This document shows positions 29,201 through 37,800 of a stretch of 64,000 nt of DNA, in pieces. The DNA lies in assembly GCA_040377305.1 (NCBI GenBank), contig JBEIPA010000003.1, forward strand, positions 96,001-160,000, read 5' to 3'. Source of the DNA: Flavobacteriales bacterium. GTDB taxonomy: Bacteria > Bacteroidota > Bacteroidia > Palsa-965. A program made the translations under genes and the position numbers. The number at the start of each line of letters is the position of its first letter. Position 1 is the first letter of the stretch. The notes under the pieces are model-generated. The model searched no databases. It was given only the letters and a program-made list of their open reading frames with translations, and was not told the origin of the DNA.

Positions 29201-29603
29201 TACTGCTGATCGTAGAAGCGTCTGAATCGTTGTACGTATAATGCGTGAAGTTATTCTTCACCGGATCATACATATCGAGTCCGCCTCCTGTCATTCCAAG
29301 CCAAATCATCCCATCTTTCGATTCAAACATGGTGTAGATGAAATTGTTTGCGAGTGAATTCGCATCCTGAGGGTCGCGCTTGAAAATCTTGAACGTATAT
29401 CCGTCGTATCGGTTCAAACCTTCCTGTGTACCGAACCACATGAAGCCCTGCTGATCCTGCATGATGCAGTTCACTACGGTTTGAGATAGTCCCTGTTCAA
29501 CCGAGATGTGCGAGAACTTATAATCTTGTGCACACAGTTGGGTCGCGATCGTAATAACTATCGCACTGTATAGCACACGCAGAAAACTGGTTGATCTCGC
29601 CAT
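26265..29603 (-). CDS. Receptor Ser/Thr phosphatase: Reg_prop propellers + Y_Y_Y + TM + SpoIIE (PP2C), SiaA-like
   Basis: Propeller repeats; ISYTNLPGGKYTLRIRG; PKDIVSGDFYW; ADCTGHGVPGA; DGMDI; SDGYADQFGG; QVDDVLVVG. Confidence 0.93.
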   Translation of the reverse strand: MARSTSFLRVLYSAIVITIATQLCAQDYKFSHISVEQGLSQTVVNCIMQDQQGFMWFGTQEGLNRYDGYTFKIFKRDPQDANSLANNFIYTMFESKDGMIWLGMTGGGLDMYDPVKNNFTHYTYNDSDASTISSNSVRVIMEDAKGNLWIGTDDGLNLFDRQTKKFTRFTNNANDPFSIAGNRVFDLYEDKKGNLWIGTYGNGLCMLDPATRRFTNYTLTDDEIAKLYPKVVSDDVRRRGQCNQVRSLAYRDENTLWVGTDGGGMQVFNFSSHKFDRVVNPAEKSNSIAEARVFDMTYDEKGDLWLAIFDISLDIMNPGSEQIQHYSPNDRDPYAFASDQPKCVFRDRSGNMWCGTSGRGISVYFRSTSTISHVRRSERPGVENNTLMSSGIFCVMEDHTGVIWIGTDGGGLTTFNPKTDEYAQHPELSTSVSNSVLSVTEATDGTIWVGTYGEGLNRKSPDGKVKTYSTDFGLENGTILCIKEDPVDKTIWFGTFGGGLYNLDPKTDSLTQYNSENSGFTSDVIFNLYFDKQGALWICTRDGGVMKRERKGALTKYQHNESDQTSLSNDRTYCVAEDALGNVWIGTANGLDLLDKSGKGFTTYYERNGLPSDNIYAILPDNEGYLWLSHNKGLTRFKANVTGTEKQFVNYGPAAGVQPEEFNQGAYFRNKQGILYFGGQKGLNIIDTKRLGKSSSVPPVFVTSYKRFGTEIVLDSAITAKRFISVTWRENYFSFEASVLDFVDPEKNMYQYKLEGFDDDWSPVTTNRFISYTNLPGGKYTLRIRGADSNGNWNEEGISIRIEVQPPWWKTTWFYSICVLTVIGGVIGFTRYRTRAIKKENRILEAKVAERTHELAQKNADITASIQYAKRIQGAVLPELDFIYRHLPQSFVFYRPKDIVSGDFYWFAEKDGKKIMVCADCTGHGVPGALMSVIGHNLLNQIVLEKGITSPEEILNRLNKGVMAALKQGQHGEEDTRDGMDIAICVFTDGSRELKFAGALRPLVLIRKGVLTKIDSDRFPIGGNLTERVNEYSLHTVILEPGDMLYMFSDGYADQFGGPRGKKFMVKHLLELLREIEGLSLTDQAARLEQAFDGWKDTYAQVDDVLVVGIRI

Positions 29604-29622
29604 AAAGACGATCTAAAAGTAA

Positions 29623-29684
29623 GGAATTAGGGAATGCGGAGTTTTATCACTTATTCCGCATCCCCCGTTCCTCATTCCCCGTTC
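29623..29684. repeat. Inverted degenerate 8-nt arrays between two divergent -7 elements
   Basis: ggaattag ggaatgcg ga ... tccgcatc ccccgttc ctcattcc ccgttc. Confidence 0.65.
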
Positions 29685-29693
29685 ATCAATCCT

Positions 29694-29701
29694 TATCTTT
29701 G
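29694..29701 (+). promoter_or_regulatory. Putative -7 promoter element (TATCTTTG) 4 nt before ATG
   Basis: Exact match to TAnnTTTG. Confidence 0.55.
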
Positions 29702-29705
29702 CAAC

Positions 29706-30452
29706 ATGATGTCTTGCGATCGCGAAAACTGGTTTGAGGAGTGGTTCAACAGTCCATATTACCACATGTTGTATGCCAATCGCAGTACAGCAGAAGCTGA
29801 TGCGTTCATTCTGAATGTACACAAGCTACTAGAACTTCCTCCTGGATCAAAAATTCTCGATCTGGCATGCGGTAAAGGCCGGCACTCGAAGGCGCTCGCA
29901 TCGCAGGGATACAATGTAACGGGTGTAGATCTATCGGAAAACAGTATCGTGGAAGCGAAAAAAATGGAGTCCGATAATCTGAACTTCATGGTACACGATA
30001 TGCGCCGTCCGGTTGCTGCTAATTATTATGATGCTGTGCTCAATTTGTTTACCAGTTTCGGGTATTTCGTTTCGCAACGGGATAACGTGAGAACCATTAA
30101 CGCTGTTGCATCAGCATTGAAACCCAAAGGACTATTTCTTATTGACTTTCTCAACGCCGTTAAAGTGAAGAAAGCAGTTGAAGCGAATGCCGAAGGGAAT
30201 GTGGAACGGGAAAATGTTCGTTTTCATTGGAAGAAATCGATTGAAGAAGGCTCTGTTGTAAAACAGATTACCATAACCGACGGATCGGAAAAGTTTGAAT
30301 TTTGTGAGCACGTCCAGCTATTCAGCCTGGCTGATTTTGCCGGGATGTTAAATCATAAATTTGAAATCGTGAATGTCTTTGGCGACTATAACCTCGCTAC
30401 TTTTGACGAATCAAATTCCGACCGCCTCATTTTAAGCTGCAGGAAGAAATAG
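29706..30452 (+). CDS. Class I SAM-dependent methyltransferase
   Basis: WFEEWFNSPYYHMLY; ILDLACGKGRH; GVDLS; NLFTSFGYF. Confidence 0.92.
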   Translation: MMSCDRENWFEEWFNSPYYHMLYANRSTAEADAFILNVHKLLELPPGSKILDLACGKGRHSKALASQGYNVTGVDLSENSIVEAKKMESDNLNFMVHDMRRPVAANYYDAVLNLFTSFGYFVSQRDNVRTINAVASALKPKGLFLIDFLNAVKVKKAVEANAEGNVERENVRFHWKKSIEEGSVVKQITITDGSEKFEFCEHVQLFSLADFAGMLNHKFEIVNVFGDYNLATFDESNSDRLILSCRKK

Positions 30453-30455
30453 AGT

Positions 30456-31187
30456 ATGCTCATTTACGGAGTTATCGCATTCATTTCAGTATTCGCCAGC
30501 GGATTGCTTCTGCTTGCATTCAAAATTCCGCGCAATCCAATGAAAATGCTGCTTGCATTCAGCGGTGCATTTTTGTTTGCGATGAGTTTGCTGCATCTCG
30601 TTCCTGAGTTGTACACCGACGGAGGAGCGGGCATCGGAATCTGGATTCTCGTCGGGTTTATGATTCAACTTTTGCTCGAATATGTTTCAGAAGGAATTGA
30701 GCACGGTCACGTACATAATCACGACGATCATCATCATGATAAGTCGAAAGTACCTGTAGGAATTATCGGCGGATTATGCCTCCATTCTTTCCTTGAAGGA
30801 ATGCCACTCGGAGTAAAAGCAGATGCCGACGTAATCTTCACGCCCTTCTTAACCGGAATTGTGCTTCACAATATTCCGATTGCAATTGCATTCATGGGAA
30901 TTCTGCTTCATCATGGAAATTCAAAAGCCAAAGCTGCGTTGTGGTTAGGCGTTTTTGCAGTGATGACACCATTGGGAATGATTGCTGCTCATTTTGTCGG
31001 TTCTCAGCTCACCGGAGATTTGCAACCGTATTTCAATATTGTAACAGCAGTGGTTGTCGGAATCTTTCTGCATATTTCTACCACAATTCTGTTTGAGACT
31101 TCGGAAAATCACCGCTTCAATGCGGTGAAGTTTATCACCATTCTGTGCGGAATTTTCGCTGCATGGCTTATTACACATACTGCATAA
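30456..31187 (+). CDS. ZIP-family metal transporter
   Basis: LLAFSGA; His-rich loop HGHVHNHDDHHH; LHSFLEG; LHNIP. Confidence 0.92.
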   Translation: MLIYGVIAFISVFASGLLLLAFKIPRNPMKMLLAFSGAFLFAMSLLHLVPELYTDGGAGIGIWILVGFMIQLLLEYVSEGIEHGHVHNHDDHHHDKSKVPVGIIGGLCLHSFLEGMPLGVKADADVIFTPFLTGIVLHNIPIAIAFMGILLHHGNSKAKAALWLGVFAVMTPLGMIAAHFVGSQLTGDLQPYFNIVTAVVVGIFLHISTTILFETSENHRFNAVKFITILCGIFAAWLITHTA

Positions 31188-32401
31188 TGGAGAAGGAGAG
31201 TTTACCACCGGGAGATTTTCGCATGGTGGCGAAAACGATGCAGGGATTGGAACCTGTTTTGTACAAGGAATTGCTGCGAATCGGAGCACGTGATATCGAA
31301 GAGCACAATCGTGCGGTTTCTTTTGTTGGTGACAAGGGCACGATGTACAAAGCAAATTTCATGTTGCGTACGGCATTGCGCATATTGCTTCCGGTCACTG
31401 AATTTCTCGCAAAGGACGAACAGGAATTTTACGATGGAATTATGGCAATCGACTGGTCGCAGTGGATTGATGAGAAGAATACGATTGCGATTGACACAAC
31501 TTTGAATGGTGATGTATTCACACATTCATTTTTTATGTCGCAAAAATGCAAGGATGCAATTGCCGATCAGTTCAGAAACAAAACCGGCGCGCGTCCTTCA
31601 GTTGATACGGAACAGCCAGACCTGCGTGTCAATCTTCATATTTACAATGATAAAATCACGGTATCGCTCGACAGTAGCGGAAGTTCGCTTCACAAGCGCG
31701 GATACAGAAACGATACAGGTCGCGCTCCTCTGAACGAAGTTTTAGCTGCAGGAATGATTCAGCTCACGGGCTGGGAGGGAAGAACACGACTTATTGATCC
31801 CATGTGTGGTTCCGGAACAATTCCGATCGAAGCTGCTTTACTTGCAGCCAATATTCCTTCAGGTTTCTTTCGCGAATATTTCGCATTCCTCAAGTGGCGC
31901 GACTTCGATGCTGCGTTGTGGGAGAAAATTACTGAAGGTGCAATCAACCGGATAAGCAACGAGCAGCAGGATATAATAGGGATTGAAATTTCTTCAAACA
32001 CCTTGAGGAAAGCGCGTGAAAATATTCACCTGGCCAAAGTTGATGACATTGTAAAGACGTTCAATGTCGATTTTCACGAATGGGATCCTCCACAAGGAAG
32101 TGGCACGTTGATCATGAATCCTCCGTATGGCGAGCGTATGGATAAGGACGACATAGCAACGTTCTATAAAGCCATTGGCGATACGCTCAAGAAGAAATAC
32201 GCAGGTTATTCTGCGTGGATCATGTCTTCTAATCCGGAAGGTTTTAAGAGTGTAGGTTTGAAGCCAACGCGCCGCATTCATCTGTTTAACGGTCCGCTTG
32301 AATGTCGTTTCATGAAATTTGAAATGTATGGCGGATCGAAAAGAACGAAGTTTCAAAATAGAGACGGGGAAAGTGGAACAACCGATGAGGAGTTGAGTTA
32401 A
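31187..32401 (+). CDS. THUMP-domain RNA methyltransferase (RlmL-like, 23S m2G2445)
   Basis: KDAIADQF; DSSGSSLHKRGYR; APLNEVLAA; DPMCGSGTIPIEA; NPPYGER; LFNGPLEC. Confidence 0.92.
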   Translation: MEKESLPPGDFRMVAKTMQGLEPVLYKELLRIGARDIEEHNRAVSFVGDKGTMYKANFMLRTALRILLPVTEFLAKDEQEFYDGIMAIDWSQWIDEKNTIAIDTTLNGDVFTHSFFMSQKCKDAIADQFRNKTGARPSVDTEQPDLRVNLHIYNDKITVSLDSSGSSLHKRGYRNDTGRAPLNEVLAAGMIQLTGWEGRTRLIDPMCGSGTIPIEAALLAANIPSGFFREYFAFLKWRDFDAALWEKITEGAINRISNEQQDIIGIEISSNTLRKARENIHLAKVDDIVKTFNVDFHEWDPPQGSGTLIMNPPYGERMDKDDIATFYKAIGDTLKKKYAGYSAWIMSSNPEGFKSVGLKPTRRIHLFNGPLECRFMKFEMYGGSKRTKFQNRDGESGTTDEELS

Positions 32402-32435
32402 TGGGTTCCCCATCCCTTTCAGTATATTTACCTAT

Positions 32436-33404
32436 ATGAAATCCATTGCACTTTTCACATCAGGAGGCGACGCTCCAGGAATGAATGCTTGTATACGGGC
32501 TGTGGTTCGAACAGCATTGCATCATGGCCTCAATGTGCATGGAATCCGATACGGTTATGAAGGAATGATTACCGGTGATATGGTGAAGATGGATGCAAAG
32601 TCTGTTGCGAACATTCTCCATCGTGGAGGTACGATACTCAAAACCGCCCGCAGCAAAGAATTTATGACGACGGAAGGAATGAAGAAGGCTGCTGCGAATA
32701 TTCAGAAACATCACATTGAGGGAATCATTGCAATTGGTGGAGACGGGACATTCCGAGGGGCACTCGCTTTTCAGGAGTATTGTAATATTCCTTTCATAGG
32801 TTGTCCTGGAACAATTGATAATGACCTCGTAGGTAGTGATTGCACCATTGGTTTCGACACCGCAATAAATACAGTGGTAGAAGCGGTCGATAGAATCCGT
32901 GACACCGCTGAATCTCATAACCGGATTTTTGTAGTGGAAGTGATGGGGCGCGATGCAGGTTTGATTGCGTTATATAGCGGTATCGGTGTGGGAGCGGAAG
33001 GAATTTTGATTCCGGAATCGAAGAACGATTTAAGCGAAGTGATGACGTTGTTGTCGAAATCGCGCAGAGATAAGAAATCTAAAATTATTATTGTGGCGGA
33101 AGGGGAGGAAGACGGTGGAGCACTTATAGTTTCAGAGAAAATTAAAAAAGCGTTTCCTGAAGCAGATGTGCGTGTTACAATACTCGGACATGTACAGCGA
33201 GGAGGCGCACCAACGTGCATGGAGCGTGTGAATGCCGCTCGAATGGGTTATGAAGCTGTGAATGCGCTCATGCAAGGAAGAAAGATGGAAATGGTGGGTA
33301 TTGTGAATGGAAAAATAGCATTTACTCCTTTTGTTAACGCGGTAAAGCAACACGTTGAACCAGATCCATCTTTGTTAACGATGATTAAAATTCTGGCTTC
33401 TTAA
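32436..33404 (+). CDS. pfkA: ATP-dependent 6-phosphofructokinase
   Basis: TSGGDAPGMNA; GGTILKTAR; IGGDGT; PGTIDND; VEVMGR; LGHVQRGG. Confidence 0.97.
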   Translation: MKSIALFTSGGDAPGMNACIRAVVRTALHHGLNVHGIRYGYEGMITGDMVKMDAKSVANILHRGGTILKTARSKEFMTTEGMKKAAANIQKHHIEGIIAIGGDGTFRGALAFQEYCNIPFIGCPGTIDNDLVGSDCTIGFDTAINTVVEAVDRIRDTAESHNRIFVVEVMGRDAGLIALYSGIGVGAEGILIPESKNDLSEVMTLLSKSRRDKKSKIIIVAEGEEDGGALIVSEKIKKAFPEADVRVTILGHVQRGGAPTCMERVNAARMGYEAVNALMQGRKMEMVGIVNGKIAFTPFVNAVKQHVEPDPSLLTMIKILAS

Positions 33405-33413
33405 AATATCTCT

Positions 33414-34688
33414 GTGAGCAAAACGACACCAGTAGCAAAGAAGAAGACCAAAGAAGTGTTCGTACGCAAAGACACGCTCGCGTTTTGCCCCGTAATGGTT
33501 CAGCTAGGAACCGGTTACGAGTTGCACATGTATCGCAACGCGGAAGACATTGAAGATGAACAGTGGGAGTTGCTGAATCACGACGGTAATCTTTTCACTT
33601 CATTGAAATTTCTGCGGGGACAACAATTCACCGCTCCACCGGAGATGGAATTTATCTACATCATCCTGCGCAAAGGGAAAAAGATAGTTGCGGGCTACAT
33701 TTTTCAGTCGATTCATTTGACAGTAGAAGTATTGACCGATGTACTTGCTCCATTGACAAAACAAAATTCCATTGTTGGTCATATGAGCGATTGGCTCACA
33801 CGCTGTCGCGAAGAAAAAGGAATGCGGGTGCTTATCTGCGGAAATAATTTCATTAGTGGAGAACACGGTGTTCTTACACCGAAGGATTCGAATTCGGCCG
33901 AGGCGTTTACCTTGCTCCCGGAGGTTGTAAAAACCATTGTGCAGAAGGTTACCAGGCCGGTAAAATTTTCAATTATCCTTGTGAAGGATTACTACGCGTC
34001 ACACAAGAAAAAGCCGGAAGTTTTACTTACCAAAAAACGATATCATTCTTTCGCTGTAGAACCAGAGATGGTGTTGAAAATCAACCCGGACTGGGTGCAG
34101 TTTGGTGACTACATGGCGGCGATGTCGAAGAAGTATCGCAACAGAACCAAATCCGTTTTAAAGCATTCTGCACAATTGGTAGAACACCATTTGGATGAAG
34201 AAGGTTTGAGATCGGTGATTAATGACATTTATCCGTTGTACGCGAAAATGCACCAGAAGGCGCGTTTCCGTTTATCAGCACTCACGCCGCACTATTTCGT
34301 GGAAATGAAGCGACTTTTTCCAACCCAGTTCTGTGTGAAAATGTACACTTTAAACGGAAGAGCGGTAGGATTTCGATCGTACTTCCTCAATGGCCATCAA
34401 GTGGAAGCGCATTTTATTGGCGTTGACTACCTGCTCAACAAGGAGCTCGATATTTACAATCGAATTCTTTACGATTTTGTCGATGACACGATTAAGGCGG
34501 GTGGTACCGAACTTCTTCTTGGTCGTACAGCTGCCGAAATCAAGTCTACAATTGGTGCAGTTCCGCAAGATCTTACTTGTTACATCCGTCACCGCAACAG
34601 TTTCTCCAACCAAATGATCCGTCCCTTCATCGATTATCTCAAACCATCGGAATGGACACCACGGAATCCTTTCAAGAACGAGGAGTAA
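33414..34688 (+). CDS. GNAT/FemAB-like acyltransferase-fold protein
   Basis: CGNNFISGEHG; VKDY; VEPEM; YMAAMSKKYR; LGRTAAEIKSTIGA; RNPFK. Confidence 0.7.
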   Translation: MSKTTPVAKKKTKEVFVRKDTLAFCPVMVQLGTGYELHMYRNAEDIEDEQWELLNHDGNLFTSLKFLRGQQFTAPPEMEFIYIILRKGKKIVAGYIFQSIHLTVEVLTDVLAPLTKQNSIVGHMSDWLTRCREEKGMRVLICGNNFISGEHGVLTPKDSNSAEAFTLLPEVVKTIVQKVTRPVKFSIILVKDYYASHKKKPEVLLTKKRYHSFAVEPEMVLKINPDWVQFGDYMAAMSKKYRNRTKSVLKHSAQLVEHHLDEEGLRSVINDIYPLYAKMHQKARFRLSALTPHYFVEMKRLFPTQFCVKMYTLNGRAVGFRSYFLNGHQVEAHFIGVDYLLNKELDIYNRILYDFVDDTIKAGGTELLLGRTAAEIKSTIGAVPQDLTCYIRHRNSFSNQMIRPFIDYLKPSEWTPRNPFKNEE

Positions 34689-34806
34689 TCGCCGCCATTT
34701 CTGCATTAATCTGAGCGCGTAAGTATTCTGACGTATTTCCTTGTAAAAAGAGGTTGGAAAAGCTATTTTTATAGCATACACACCTCTATCCCTTAACCGG
34801 AAAAAT

Positions 34807-37800
34807 ATGGTTAGAATAAACTACTTCGCCGCGCTCATTTCTTTATTCGTTTCGGTCTCTTTGTTCGCACAACAAGGTGTTCACGGTCCACGCACTGTAA
34901 ACGCAGCGAATACCATCGTCAACGAGTATACTTCCCTAACGGCAAGTGTTGCATCAGGATCAACCTCGATCACTGTGGCGAACAGTACACTCAATGCCAA
35001 TGGACGTTTCGCAACGGCACTTCAACCTGGAGATTTGATCATGATTTATCAGGTACAAGGCGTGTTCTTTCTACACGGTGGATTTGTCGGCCCCTCGGAT
35101 ACAACGTGGGGAAAGATTCCGAACCCGTGGGATTATCAGCAATGCGGGTTGTATGAGTTTGCTCAGGTAAGTTCTGTCCCGAACGCTACAACAATCAACG
35201 TTGATTGCGGATTGATCAATTCTTACAACCATGATCTCGTACCAGCTGTCCCTTTTAATGCATTGGAAAAGGTAATTGTTGTTCGCGTGCCGAGATATAC
35301 TTCGCTTACAGTTAACGCTGGCGGAGTGCTCACCTGTGACGACTGGAATGGCACAACGGGCGGCATATTAGCCGTGGAAGTGCAGGGAACCACTACTATA
35401 AACGCGGGTGGTATTATTGATGCGACCGGTAAAGGTTTTCGTGGTGGATCACTGGTAGGAGACAATGTCACAGCGTTTGGGGTTAACACAACCTATTCAA
35501 TGAATAATTCACTGGGCGCAGAGAAAGGCGAGGGCGTTGCTGGCTATCAGAGCGAACTTGACGTTTTTGGTGGACGGTATTGCCGTGCACCGGCAGTGAA
35601 TGGTGGAGGAGGCGGAGATGGGCATAATGCAGGAGGTGGCGGAGGAGCTAATGCACCGAACTCCACCAGTGGCGCTGCCATCTGGAGTGGCAATGGAATT
35701 CCGGATCAATCAGTTGGAGGATGGACAACCGCATGGTCAATTGAACCACCGGCGGGTACAATGAACCTTCGCACAACTGCAAATTCAGCAGGCGGCGGTC
35801 GCGGAGGATATTCTTTTTCTGGATCAAATCAGAATGCGGCTGCAGTTCCTCCTGGGAATGCGGCATGGGGTGGAGACGCAAGAAATCATCAGGCGACCGG
35901 ACTGGGCGGGCGACCATTGAGCAACATGAATGGCCGTGTGTATTTTGGTGGAGGTGGAGGAGCTGGCGATCAGAATCAATCAGGTGGGGGTGTAGGGGGT
36001 GATGGAGGTGGTTTAATTTACATGATGTGTTTCGGTGCTGTAAACGGTAGTGGAACTATAGTCTCGAACGGTGGCAATGGCGCCAATGGACAAGGCGGAA
36101 CCGGAGTGATAACTGGAATCGATGCCGGAGGTGGTGGCGGTGCCGGTGGGTCAATTCTTATTAACGCAATAGGAGGAGTCGCAAACACAATTACGGTTAC
36201 TACGAATGGTGGTAATGGAGGAAATCAGGTAATCAACCTGCCATTCAGCACCAATGAAGGGGAAGGTCCAGGAGGCGGTGGCGGTGGTGGATATATTGCA
36301 GTATCGTCCGGTGCACCCACCCGAAATTCTAATGGCGGAAACAACGGTACAACGAATTCCGCCGGTGTTACCGAATTCATTCCGAACGGCGCAACTCGCG
36401 GTTGCCCAGGTACGAATAACGCCCTCGTTCTTAATTACGATATTACCTTAACGAATCAAACTATTTGTGCTGGACAGTCGGTTACAATTACACCCGTTAT
36501 CACGGGTACACCGCCTTTCGGTTATGTACTCAACTATTACAATGCTTCAACTGGTGGTGTTCCATTTGCTTCCGGAACTAGCTACACTACGCCAGCGCTA
36601 GCAGTTGGTACATACACGTATTGGGTTGGTACTTGTGGTGGTTTCTGGAGAGAATCTGTTACGATCACAGTGGTTGGTGCACCAACTGTTACTTCAAGTG
36701 CAACAACGAATCCGATTTGCAGCGGACAGTCTACAACGCTCACAGCGGGTGGAACCGCTACTACTTACGTATGGAATCCTGGAAATATTGCTGGCACTTC
36801 TGTCAGTGTAAGCCCAACGACGACAACAACGTACACAGTTACCGGAACATTAATGCCGGGCGGATGTACAAATACATCGGTGATTACAGTTACCGTTAAT
36901 CCAACTCCAACCGTGACTGCAACTGCTTCTACGGTTACAATTTGCAACGGACAGTCTGTAACACTTACTGGGGGCGGCGCCACGTCATACGTTTGGAATC
37001 CGGGTAACATTTCAGGAAGTCCAATTAGTGTTTCTCCAACTGGAAATACAACTTACACTGTAACCGGAACAAGCTTAGGCTGTAGTAGCACTGCACAAGT
37101 TGCAATTACAGTGAATCCTACTCCAACAGTAACCGCATCAGCGGGCACAAATCCTATTTGCGCTGGTAACAGTACAACACTTACAGGTGGTGGAGCATCG
37201 ACTTACGTATGGAATCCTGGAAACCTCCCAGGAAGTCCGATAAGTGTTTCTCCTTCCGGTACACAAACGTATACGGTTACAGGAACAGCGGCGAACGGTT
37301 GTACAAACACCGGCCAGATAACAGTTACAGTTACACCTACACCTACTGTTACTGCATCAGCTTCAACGCTTACAATTTGTAATGGCGGATCAACAACACT
37401 CACCGGTGGAGGCGCAACGTCTTACGTATGGAATCCAGGAAACATTTCCGGGAGTCCAATCAGTGTTTCTCCAACAGGAAATACAACTTACACAGTTACC
37501 GGAACAACCAGTGGATGCAGCGGAACTGCACAAGTAGCAATCACTGTCAATCCAACTCCGACGGTTACATCAACTGCCGGAACTAATCCGATTTGCGCAG
37601 GCGCTTCTACAACGCTTACAGGTAATGGTGCAACTTCCTATGTCTGGAATCCGGGTTCATTACCAGGCTCGCCTATTTCAGTTACACCAGCAACTACCAC
37701 TACATACACAGTTACAGGTACAGGTGCAAATGGATGTACGTCCAACTCGCAAATCACAGTTACCGTAAATCCATTACCTACAGTAACATCTACTGCAGGA

